From contig JANXAW010000023.1 of the NCBI GenBank assembly GCA_025061985.1, positions 78,104-142,103 of the forward strand: DNA of 64,000 bases, given 5' to 3'. Shown in pieces: positions 47,840 to 55,742 of the stretch. The notes under the pieces were generated by a model, which saw only the letters and a program-made list of their open reading frames with translations, did not search any database and was not told the DNA's origin. Positions within the stretch are counted from its first letter, which is position 1. Each line of letters begins with the position of its first letter. The DNA comes from Fimbriimonadales bacterium. Its GTDB lineage: Bacteria > Armatimonadota > Fimbriimonadia > Fimbriimonadales > GBS-DC. The position numbers were made by a program, and so were the translations under genes.

Positions 47840-49126
47840 ATGGCGAAGCAACCAAGCGTTGTTGTAGGGATTGACTTGGGCAGCCGCCTGATGAAGGTGG
47901 CAGAGGTGCGCACGGGGCGTCCACCGACAGTGACCAATATCGGCATTGCACCCACCCCAGAGGGCGCAATTGACAGCTCAGGCATTGTCGACAAAGCAGC
48001 GGTTGCTGCAGCGCTCAAGCGACTACTTGCCGATTCGGGAATCAGCACGAAATACGCCGCGTTTGCCTTGGCAGGGCAAAACTCGGTCGTCGTGCGCGTG
48101 CTGGAAGTCCCCAAAATGAGCCCCGCAGAGTTGCGCCAGCACATGGAGTGGGAGATCGGGCGCAACATCCCCTTCGCAGATACCAACGTGCAGTCCGCAT
48201 ACGAGGTCATCCGTCGCCCAGACGCCGATCCAAACGCGGATAATATGGAAGTCGTGCTGGCGGTGGCCCCAGCGGAGGCAGTTGACAGCTTAGTTGAAAT
48301 CGCAGATGGGCTGAAGCTGGAGCCTTACGCAATCGATGTGGAGCCGCTAGCGCTGGCACGGAGCTTACTGCTGACCCAACCTGACACGAGTGCAAAAAGT
48401 GTCGCGATTGTTAATCTGGGCGCAGAGTCGACCTCGATAGACATCTACACGCATGGGTTGCTTAGCTTTCCCCGCGTCTTGCCGATTGGGGGCAACGCGC
48501 TCACGCGAGCGATTGCAGACCGCTTGATGATTAGCGAGGCTGAAGCGGAGCAATTGAAAGCGCAGCTAGCAGAAGTGCTGATGGATCAGATTCCCCAAGT
48601 CACCTCGCCATTTAGTGTGCCAACAGGCGGTTTTTACACGCCAGGGTTCGGAGGCATCCCTACTGTTGGCAGCGAACCTTCTCCATTTATGACCCCTGGC
48701 TCCCTAACGGGCGGCTATGAGCCAGGGGCGCCTGAGGAGACGGAGCCTTCCTTCGAGGGGCCTCGCGAGCCAAGTGCTGAAGCGACGCTCCCTGCCCAGT
48801 CGCCCATAGATCCCCAAAAGCGCGAGGTGTTTTTGGCAATCTACCCATTGTTGGAGGAGCTAGCAACCGAAATCCGCCGCTCTGTGGAATACTTCCGCAG
48901 TCGCTACGCCAATGCAGACATCCATCAAATCATCCTGTGTGGCGGTGGTGCAGCACTCCCCAACCTCGACCAGTACATCAATGCTGCAACGGGCATACCT
49001 ACCGTTATCGGCAACCCCTTCAAAGGGGTTCAGCTAAGCGTCAAGCGCCACGGGCCTGACTATGTGGCTGCTCATGCCCACCTTATGGCGGTCGCTGTTG
49101 GAATGGGGCTGCACGCCAGCTTTTGA
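47840..49126 (+). CDS. pilM: Type IV pilus assembly ATPase-fold protein PilM, with a low-complexity insertion
   Basis: Actin-like N-terminus VVGIDLGSRLMKVAEV, ...VNLGAESTSIDIY..., C-terminus IILCGGGAALPNLDQYI. It has an insertion of about 75 aa rich in P/G/F/E (48587-48820). Confidence 0.85.
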   Translation: MAKQPSVVVGIDLGSRLMKVAEVRTGRPPTVTNIGIAPTPEGAIDSSGIVDKAAVAAALKRLLADSGISTKYAAFALAGQNSVVVRVLEVPKMSPAELRQHMEWEIGRNIPFADTNVQSAYEVIRRPDADPNADNMEVVLAVAPAEAVDSLVEIADGLKLEPYAIDVEPLALARSLLLTQPDTSAKSVAIVNLGAESTSIDIYTHGLLSFPRVLPIGGNALTRAIADRLMISEAEAEQLKAQLAEVLMDQIPQVTSPFSVPTGGFYTPGFGGIPTVGSEPSPFMTPGSLTGGYEPGAPEETEPSFEGPREPSAEATLPAQSPIDPQKREVFLAIYPLLEELATEIRRSVEYFRSRYANADIHQIILCGGGAALPNLDQYINAATGIPTVIGNPFKGVQLSVKRHGPDYVAAHAHLMAVAVGMGLHASF

Positions 49127-49141
49127 CGGAGGCGAACAGCG

Positions 49142-50038
49142 ATGAAACTAAACCTGGTGCCTGATTATGTACGTCAGCGCAAGGTCAGCAAGCGAGTAGT
49201 AGCAATGCTGACCCTGCTGTTTATAGCGGTAAACGCCCTTATGGTATTCTGGTTGGTTAGCGTGCAAGCACAACTAGCTGCTCTGCAGCAACGCAAAAGC
49301 GAGCTGGAACTGCAAGCGCAACAGGTCGATAACTTCTACAATCAGGCAAACCAGATGATCGACTCTGCAGCGTTGCTGTTGGGGCTAGTGGAGTGGGCTA
49401 AGCGCGTGCAGCAGCACAACTTGCGGTATCCTGAGCTTTACAGTCAGGTAAGTCAGTACACTTCGCCGCGCGTGCGTTACGCGTCGATGCAGGTGGTTCA
49501 GGGCAACCAGCTTCAGCTCGCAGGGTTTACACGCAGCATTCGGGATCTGGGGCTATTTTTGCAAGCGATGTATCAGTGCCCGTTGTTCACGGCAGTAAGT
49601 TTGACCTCGGCTTCGTTGCCGGGCTATTCGACTGGGGGCACGCAGCAAGGCGTTGCGTTCGGTTTTGGGACACCGGGAGGAAGCGCGCCTGCTACCCCTG
49701 CAGCACCTGTTGCTGCAGGCGTTGTTGGGGCTAGCGTAGGCGGTGCACCACCCGCGCCTTCCGCTCCATCAGCGCCTCCCGCATTCGGGGTACCCGGAGG
49801 AGGTTTTGGCGCGGGGTTCACCGGCAGGGGTACTCAAGCGATGAGTTCGCCCGCAAATCTAATGCCATTCCAAGTCGTCGCCTATCTGAAGGAGCCGATT
49901 ACTCTCCCCGTGCCGCCTGCCAATGTTCCAGGGTTGAATCTAGGTAGCGGGAGCGGCTTCGGCATGTCTATTGGAGGCTTTGGCGGCACAGCTCCGATGG
50001 CTCCTCCAGGCGGAGGCTTCACACCACCAGGCATGTAA
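49142..50038 (+). CDS. pilN: PilN-like pilus assembly protein with a long Gly/Pro/Phe-rich C-terminal region
   Basis: N-terminus MKLNLVPDYVRQRK, then a TM helix, coiled coil and ferredoxin-like core. It sits immediately after pilM. The C-terminal ~135 aa are low complexity. Confidence 0.7.
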   Translation: MKLNLVPDYVRQRKVSKRVVAMLTLLFIAVNALMVFWLVSVQAQLAALQQRKSELELQAQQVDNFYNQANQMIDSAALLLGLVEWAKRVQQHNLRYPELYSQVSQYTSPRVRYASMQVVQGNQLQLAGFTRSIRDLGLFLQAMYQCPLFTAVSLTSASLPGYSTGGTQQGVAFGFGTPGGSAPATPAAPVAAGVVGASVGGAPPAPSAPSAPPAFGVPGGGFGAGFTGRGTQAMSSPANLMPFQVVAYLKEPITLPVPPANVPGLNLGSGSGFGMSIGGFGGTAPMAPPGGGFTPPGM

Positions 50039-50052
50039 AAGGAGCGGACGCT

Positions 50053-50781
50053 ATGAAAAAAGGCTTGTCGATGTTCGCGAAAGTTTCGATTGGGCTAACG
50101 CTCACGATTGTGGTGGCAGCAGCGATTTTCCTGCTGGGCATCCGTCCCACTTTGCAAAACATTGCATACCATGAGGAAAACATTCGACAACTCGAAGCGA
50201 AGGTAGCGCAAATCCCCACTGCGCAACGCTTGGTGCAGCGGGCACAGGAGCGCGTTCGGCAGGCGGAACGCGATCTGGCGCATATTCAGCGCACCAAAAT
50301 GCCTAAAAACACTATTGATGTAAGCGACCGCCTCAAGGCGTGGATGCAGTATCCCGATATGGTGCGGGAGATTGGCATAAAGCTGCGAGTGTGGCCCGAG
50401 CGCACGGGCGTGCAACGCCTCTATGAGGTCAATCTCCCACCCCCACCAAACGACCCGAACGCCATCCCCACGGTGGTGTTGGTATTCCCGATTGGGCAGG
50501 TGCAAGTGCGCGCTCCCTCGTTCCAAGCGCTGCTGAACCATGTGCGCAAGTGGAACGAAGTGCCCAACCTCTTAGTGCTGGTAGATGGGCTGGCTATTCA
50601 GGGAATGAGCCCGGAGTTGTACGGGAGCTACACACTGACTGTGTTTGTGTATCCGCGTGTCTCGGGTGGTCAAGTAGGTCCGAATGTCCCATCATCTCCT
50701 CAGCAAGCGACGGGCGCAACCCCCGCCCCTGGAGGCTTTGGGATGATAGGAGGCGGCGCCTTTGGAGGACCTGACATGTGA
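50053..50781 (+). CDS. pilO: PilO-like pilus assembly protein with a Gly-rich tail
   Basis: Assigned on position and topology (TM helix, coiled coil, globular domain). The tail is ...PAPGGFGMIGGGAFGGPDM. Confidence 0.6.
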   Translation: MKKGLSMFAKVSIGLTLTIVVAAAIFLLGIRPTLQNIAYHEENIRQLEAKVAQIPTAQRLVQRAQERVRQAERDLAHIQRTKMPKNTIDVSDRLKAWMQYPDMVREIGIKLRVWPERTGVQRLYEVNLPPPPNDPNAIPTVVLVFPIGQVQVRAPSFQALLNHVRKWNEVPNLLVLVDGLAIQGMSPELYGSYTLTVFVYPRVSGGQVGPNVPSSPQQATGATPAPGGFGMIGGGAFGGPDM

Positions 50782-50833
50782 AATACCAGCAGGAATCGTG
50801 GGGTAAATCGTCGAACACGGCGGGTGAGCAGCG

Positions 50834-51550
50834 ATGACGAAACAGACACAGATTGCGTTGGCTGTTGCGGTGGTGGTGCTGGTAGTGATTGCGGTGGCAC
50901 TGCTACTTGTGTTCACGGGTGGCGGTGATGTAGACACTGCGACTCAACCACCTTCTGTAAGCGACGATCGAATGGGCATTCCGCCGACGCCTCCTGCGCC
51001 GACGGGGGGGATATCGCCTCCGCCTGCGGCGGCGCCACCGGCTGCGCGAACGGCGCGCCCGCCTTTTACCCCACGTCGAGATCCGTTTGCACCCTTGCCT
51101 GAAGAGCTAGCAGCGATGCAGGCGGAAGCATTTGATCCCTCGCGCTATTTTGTGCTCGCCAGCCCACCTAAACCGCCGCGCGTTGAATTGCCCGAGCCCT
51201 ACGAACCGCAGCCTCGACGACGCGTAGCCGGGGTAATCATCGGTAACACTGTTTCGGCTATCTTAGAACAGGAAGGGGAAGTGCCTCGCATTGTCTACCC
51301 CGGCGACATGGTGGGCGAGTTTCGCGTGGTGTCGATCACGGCAGATGGCATCCTTCTGCGTCGCCCGAAAGGTAACCCACGCGAGGTCCGTGTGCCTCTT
51401 GAACCGCCCAGTGCCTCCACAGGGGGTGCTGCCCCTGGTGTAGGGGTAGGCGCACCAGGCGCACCGGGCGTCCCAGGCGCTCCCGGCGGTTTGCCTCAGC
51501 GAGGCGGTGTAGGTACGCCAGGAGGACGCGGTGGCGGAGTAGAGTTTTAG
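50834..51550 (+). CDS. pilP: PilP-like pilus assembly protein with Pro-rich linker and Gly-rich tail
   Basis: TM anchor, RRDPFAPLP motif, and a beta-domain VAGVIIGNTVSAILEQEGEVPRIVYPGDMVGEFRVVSI. The tail is ...GGLPQRGGVGTPGGRGGGVEF. Confidence 0.55.
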   Translation: MTKQTQIALAVAVVVLVVIAVALLLVFTGGGDVDTATQPPSVSDDRMGIPPTPPAPTGGISPPPAAAPPAARTARPPFTPRRDPFAPLPEELAAMQAEAFDPSRYFVLASPPKPPRVELPEPYEPQPRRRVAGVIIGNTVSAILEQEGEVPRIVYPGDMVGEFRVVSITADGILLRRPKGNPREVRVPLEPPSASTGGAAPGVGVGAPGAPGVPGAPGGLPQRGGVGTPGGRGGGVEF

Positions 51551-51595
51551 AAACGCGCTCGGTTGCTGTGCGTAATCTTATATGGAGGATGAAAG

Positions 51596-52381
51596 ATGAT
51601 GCGAGCGAAACTGATGTGGTTGATAGCAGTGGCGATGCTAATGCAGGTGGCGCCACTCAGTGCGCAAGACGGCGGCCAGCAAGACCCCACTCAAAAGCGC
51701 GTAACGCTTAAGTACGAAGATGCTGATGTGCGCTTTGTGCTAAAGCAACTGTTTGAGAGCGTGGGCTTGAACTATGTGCTTGACCCGAACGTACAAGGTA
51801 CCGTGCGGGTCTCGCTGACCGACGTGCCGTTTACCGTAGCACTTGAAAGCATCTTGCGCCCGTTGAACCTTACCTACCGCGTGGAAAATGGGGTGTACTA
51901 TATCACGGTGCGCCAGCCTGAGGAGGTGCGCGTGCCAGAGGAAGCTCCCGCTCCTACCGAGGAGGGGCCTCGTTTGAACCTGCCGGAGAAGATTCAGCTC
52001 AACTATGCCAATCCGTTGCTGATTGCCAGCCTTTTAGGAGGCACAGTGATTGGGTACGCCCAGTATGAGCTGCAAGGTGGGGTCGGCCTTGGTGGCTTTG
52101 GTGGTTTTGGTGGCTTTGGTGGCTTCGGCTCTGGCTTTGGCGGCTTTGGCGGTTTTGGCGGCTTTGGCGGCTTAGGTGGCTTTGGTGGCTTCGGCTCTGG
52201 CTTTGGCGGCTTTGGCGGCTTTGGCGGCTTTGGCGGTTTTGGCGGCTTTGGCGGCGGCTTTGGAGGCGGTGGCTTTGGCGGAGGCTTCCGCGGTGGCGGC
52301 GGCTTTGGCGGAGGCTTCCGCGGTGGCGGCGGCTTTGGCGGTGGGGGCGGCTTTGGCGGCGGAGGAGGGTTTGGACGCTAA
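51596..52381 (+). CDS. Secreted secretin-N0-domain protein fused to a ~100-aa GGFG repeat tail (truncated PilQ-N paralog)
   Basis: GGAGG RBS and signal peptide. The N0-like domain VTLKYEDADVRFVLKQLFESVGLNYVLDPNVQGTVRVSL...YRVENGVYYIT is followed by a linker and an N1-start-like segment (IQLNYANPLLIASLL). Residues 161-261 consist only of G, F and a few S, L, V and R. Confidence 0.65.
   Translation: MMRAKLMWLIAVAMLMQVAPLSAQDGGQQDPTQKRVTLKYEDADVRFVLKQLFESVGLNYVLDPNVQGTVRVSLTDVPFTVALESILRPLNLTYRVENGVYYITVRQPEEVRVPEEAPAPTEEGPRLNLPEKIQLNYANPLLIASLLGGTVIGYAQYELQGGVGLGGFGGFGGFGGFGSGFGGFGGFGGFGGLGGFGGFGSGFGGFGGFGGFGGFGGFGGGFGGGGFGGGFRGGGGFGGGFRGGGGFGGGGGFGGGGGFGR
52076..52378 (+). repeat. Coding tandem repeat (9-nt GGC-TTT-GGY unit with higher-order 66-nt and 30-nt duplications)
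   Basis: Identical 44-mers at 52108-52151 and 52174-52217. A perfect 30-nt tandem duplication lies at 52271-52300 / 52301-52330. Confidence 0.9.
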
Positions 52382-52434
52382 CCGCCCCTACCCACAACTT
52401 TGACAGCACAACTTCATGGAGGAGGAACCACCCG

Positions 52435-54045
52435 ATGCGGAAAGGAAGAGGAAGTGTGTTGTTTGCTGCCCTGCTGGCAGGAGCTTTGTTTCTAACCAGC
52501 TGGGGCAACGAAGATTACTTGGTCAGCATCGATCTCGTGGACGCCGACTTCATTACCGCAGTAAAGGGCATCGCGCTTCAGGCAAAGGTGGAGGTTGTTT
52601 TTGAGCCGACTGACGAGCCCTACCGGCGCATTAGCTTCATCAGCATTCGCGAAAGACCCTTCGAGCAGGTGTTGCGCTATTTGTGTCAGTCAGCGGGGGC
52701 AACTTTCCGCAAGGAAAACGGCGTGTATGTCATCAGCCCCCTTCGGGCTGCTAAGCCCACCGAAACTCCTCCGGCAGCGGCACCTACTCCGCCCGAGCGA
52801 CAGCGCCCCACGATTGTGGTAGAGTCAATCCCGCTCCGCTACAGTCGTGCGTCGGACATCGTGCGGATTATCAAAACGGAGATGCTGACCGACGACCCGT
52901 TCGCCGAGATTCGCGACTTCGTGAACCACACCATCCAGCAAACTGCGCCGGGGATGCAGGTTCGCGTACCCCCCAGCGTGCCCTTGCGCGTGGACGGCAA
53001 TCCAGCCATCCCATATAACAATGCACCTGTGCCCACCCCCACGACGCCCGCATCTCAGGAGTTTGGCGAGGGGCAACGCGGTGGCCGTGGCTTTGGGGGG
53101 CAGTTTGGCTTCGGCGGGCAGCCCCCAGGGGGCGGCATCGGCGGGCAATTCGGCGGCGGACAACCCGGAGGGGTTGGTCAACCAGGTGCACAAGCAGCTG
53201 GTATCCTCATCCCTGAGGGGCTGGATGGCATCGTTGCCAATGACATCGATAACTCGTTGATTGTGCGTGGCACGCCCGAAGCCGTAGAGTATATTCGCCG
53301 AATCTTGCGCTTCTTGGACATCGCTCCCAAGCAGGTGCTTATCCGCGCAGAGTTCATCACAGTCAGTCGCAAAGACACTGAAAAGTTCGGTATCAACTGG
53401 AGCCTTTCGCGCGTGCACCTGCAAGCGGGGGCGGACCGTCAGGCAGACCTTAGCGCGCCCATCTTCGTCAACTACGCCACAGGCAACTTGGTGACGAACC
53501 TTCGAGCGCAACTGGAGCAGAGCCGTGGGCGCGTGGTCAATGCCCCCGTCGTCGTTACTCAGAACAACAGCCCAGCCGTCGTTGCTTTCGTAACCACAGA
53601 CTACATTGAGCAGCAGGTAGTCGTGTTCGACCAAACAGGGCGCCCAACCACCTTCTCCCAGCCTGTGCCCATTCCTATCCCCACCCAGCTGACAGTGATT
53701 CCGCGCGTGAACGCCGACGGCACAATTACGCTTACTTTGTTCCCGCAGATCTCCACAGCGGGGCGTGTGCGCGTCGGTGCGCGCGACCTACCCCGCTTTG
53801 AGAGCCAGTTCGTGTTCACCGTACGCCGTATCCGCAGCGGAGAAACGATGGTGCTGGGTGGGCTAATCACGCGCAGCGACAACAACGTGGTTACAAAAGT
53901 CCCGCTCCTAAGCGACTTGCCCGTGATTGGGCAATTCTTCCGTGCACGCACCCGCGAAGTCACGGAGTCTGAACTCCTGATCTTCGTGACGGCGACCGTG
54001 CTGGAAGAAGACGAGAGCGCGGGACGCGGTACGCTATCTCCGTAA
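52435..54045 (+). CDS. pilQ: Type IV pilus secretin PilQ with a Gly-rich insertion in the N1 domain
   Basis: GGAGGAGG RBS, N0-like domain, and N1 split by the insertion GQRGGRGFGGQFGFGGQPPGGGIGGQFGGGQPGG (53065-53187). The C-terminal secretin core ends ...VTKVPLLSDLPVIGQFFR. Confidence 0.85.
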   Translation: MRKGRGSVLFAALLAGALFLTSWGNEDYLVSIDLVDADFITAVKGIALQAKVEVVFEPTDEPYRRISFISIRERPFEQVLRYLCQSAGATFRKENGVYVISPLRAAKPTETPPAAAPTPPERQRPTIVVESIPLRYSRASDIVRIIKTEMLTDDPFAEIRDFVNHTIQQTAPGMQVRVPPSVPLRVDGNPAIPYNNAPVPTPTTPASQEFGEGQRGGRGFGGQFGFGGQPPGGGIGGQFGGGQPGGVGQPGAQAAGILIPEGLDGIVANDIDNSLIVRGTPEAVEYIRRILRFLDIAPKQVLIRAEFITVSRKDTEKFGINWSLSRVHLQAGADRQADLSAPIFVNYATGNLVTNLRAQLEQSRGRVVNAPVVVTQNNSPAVVAFVTTDYIEQQVVVFDQTGRPTTFSQPVPIPIPTQLTVIPRVNADGTITLTLFPQISTAGRVRVGARDLPRFESQFVFTVRRIRSGETMVLGGLITRSDNNVVTKVPLLSDLPVIGQFFRARTREVTESELLIFVTATVLEEDESAGRGTLSP

Positions 54046-54072
54046 ACCTCCTTCTAAGTAAGCTCAGCGCTA

Positions 54073-54107
54073 CTGCAGGGGCAGTATGCCCCTGCAGCTT
54101 AATTTTG
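54073..54107 (+). terminator. Intrinsic terminator after pilQ
   Basis: CTGCAGGGGC-AGTAT-GCCCCTGCAG is followed by CTTAATTTTG, immediately upstream of the aroKB RBS and ATG. Confidence 0.6.
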
Positions 54108-54116
54108 TTGAAGGGC

Positions 54117-55742
54117 ATGAGGCACCTGTACTTAGTGGGAAACATGGGCAGCGGTAAGTCCACTGTGGCTGCGTGTGTGGCTCAGCGTCTGGGGATGCCG
54201 TTTGTGGACCTTGACGTCTGTATTGAGCAAGCAGCGGGAATGTCCGTAAGCGCCCTTTTTGAGCGGGAAGGGGAGCCTGCCTTCCGTCAGCGTGAACAGG
54301 CAATGCTGCGTGCAGTCGCTGAAATGCCTCCGCAGGTAGTGGCTACAGGGGGCGGTGTGGTGCTAAGCGAGGCAAACTGGCAACTGATGCGCCAAACGGG
54401 CTGGATTGTGTATCTGCAGGCGTCGGTAAAGACGCTATGGCAGCGCGTGCGCCGCAGTCGGCATCGCCCACTTTTGCGCACAGCAACGCCGCGCGCCACG
54501 CTGGAGGCGATTGTGCGCGCTCGCGAACCCCTTTACCAACAAGCTGACTGGATTGTGCCCACTGACGGGCGCACCCCTGAGCAGGTAGCTGAGGCAGTGC
54601 AGCGCGCTTTCCGCCCCACGGCAGAGCTACCCCTTGCGATAGAGGTCTTGCCACAGCATTCAGAGGGCTATGAAGTGCTAATTGCGCCCCAACTTGCTAC
54701 CCGAGTCGCTACCTATCTGCAGGCACGACTTCACCCTACGCGCGTCGCGTTGCTTACCCATCCGCGTTTGCTGCAGTGGGCAACACCAATTCGCGACGCG
54801 CTGGAAGCCATAGGCGTTTCTACTCACCTTATCACAGTGCCCACGGGTGAGCGCATCAAAACGTTGCGCACTGCGGAACGGCTCTATGCGCAGCTGTTAG
54901 CAGCGGGCGTGGACCGCAGCGGCGCGTTGCTGATTGTTGGCGGAGGCGTGCTGGGCGATTTAGGAGGGTTTGTCGCCGCTACCTACATGCGCGGTATTCC
55001 ATATGTGCAAGTGCCTACCACGTTGCTGGCGCAGGTTGACTCCAGTGTCGGGGGCAAGGTAGCGGTCGACTTACCTCAAGGCAAAAACTTGGTGGGCGCG
55101 TTTCACCAGCCTGCGCTGGTAGTGATTGACCCTGAAGTCTTGACAACGCTACCCTTGCGCCAGTGGCGCAACGGCTTCGCTGAGATGCTCAAGTACGGCA
55201 TCGTCTTGCACGCAGGGTTATGGCAACGCTTGCAAGTGATGCTCCAACAAGGTGTGTTCCGCCGTCGCACGCTCCGAGACAACCCGTATACTTGGACGCT
55301 TCCGATTGCCCAATGTGTGCGCCTCAAAGCTGCGATTGTCGCCGAAGATGAACGCGACCTTACAGGCAAGCGTGCCTTGCTCAACTTTGGGCACACCATC
55401 GGGCACGCGATAGAGGCAGTGCTAGGCTACCGCCATTGGCTACACGGAGAGGCGATCGCTGCTGGAATGGTTGCCGAGGCGGAGTTAGGGCGGATTGTGG
55501 GCGTTACGCCTGCGGAGGTAGTGGAGACCTTGCGCGAGACGCTTACCCAGGCGGGCTTACCCACAAGCCTACCCCGTAACCTCTCGCCCGAGGCGTTGCT
55601 GGAAGCAACCCGCTATGACAAAAAGCGCGCGGGCGATACACCGCGCATCGTGCTCTTAGAGGGGATAGGCAAAGCGCGCTTGGAGCCGAAAATTCCACCC
55701 AGTGCCCTCAAGGAGGCGCTTTCGCGATGCATGCCGTCTTAG
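54117..55742 (+). CDS. aroKB: Bifunctional shikimate kinase / 3-dehydroquinate synthase (AroK-AroB fusion)
   Basis: N-terminal P-loop kinase LVGNMGSGKST...ATGGGVV. The C-terminal DHQS has GGGVLGDLGGFVAATYMRGIPYVQVPTTLLAQVDSSVGGKVAV and NFGHTIGHAIE. It is a single uninterrupted frame. Confidence 0.9.
   Translation: MRHLYLVGNMGSGKSTVAACVAQRLGMPFVDLDVCIEQAAGMSVSALFEREGEPAFRQREQAMLRAVAEMPPQVVATGGGVVLSEANWQLMRQTGWIVYLQASVKTLWQRVRRSRHRPLLRTATPRATLEAIVRAREPLYQQADWIVPTDGRTPEQVAEAVQRAFRPTAELPLAIEVLPQHSEGYEVLIAPQLATRVATYLQARLHPTRVALLTHPRLLQWATPIRDALEAIGVSTHLITVPTGERIKTLRTAERLYAQLLAAGVDRSGALLIVGGGVLGDLGGFVAATYMRGIPYVQVPTTLLAQVDSSVGGKVAVDLPQGKNLVGAFHQPALVVIDPEVLTTLPLRQWRNGFAEMLKYGIVLHAGLWQRLQVMLQQGVFRRRTLRDNPYTWTLPIAQCVRLKAAIVAEDERDLTGKRALLNFGHTIGHAIEAVLGYRHWLHGEAIAAGMVAEAELGRIVGVTPAEVVETLRETLTQAGLPTSLPRNLSPEALLEATRYDKKRAGDTPRIVLLEGIGKARLEPKIPPSALKEALSRCMPS

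Noticed and set aside
51999-52508. Minus-strand 169-aa ORF with QSRQ/SRRH repeats
   Set aside because: It is the reverse-complement reading of the GGC-TTT-GGC tandem repeat. It has no RBS and no plausible start context. The plus-strand frame has an RBS, a signal peptide and a folded N-domain.
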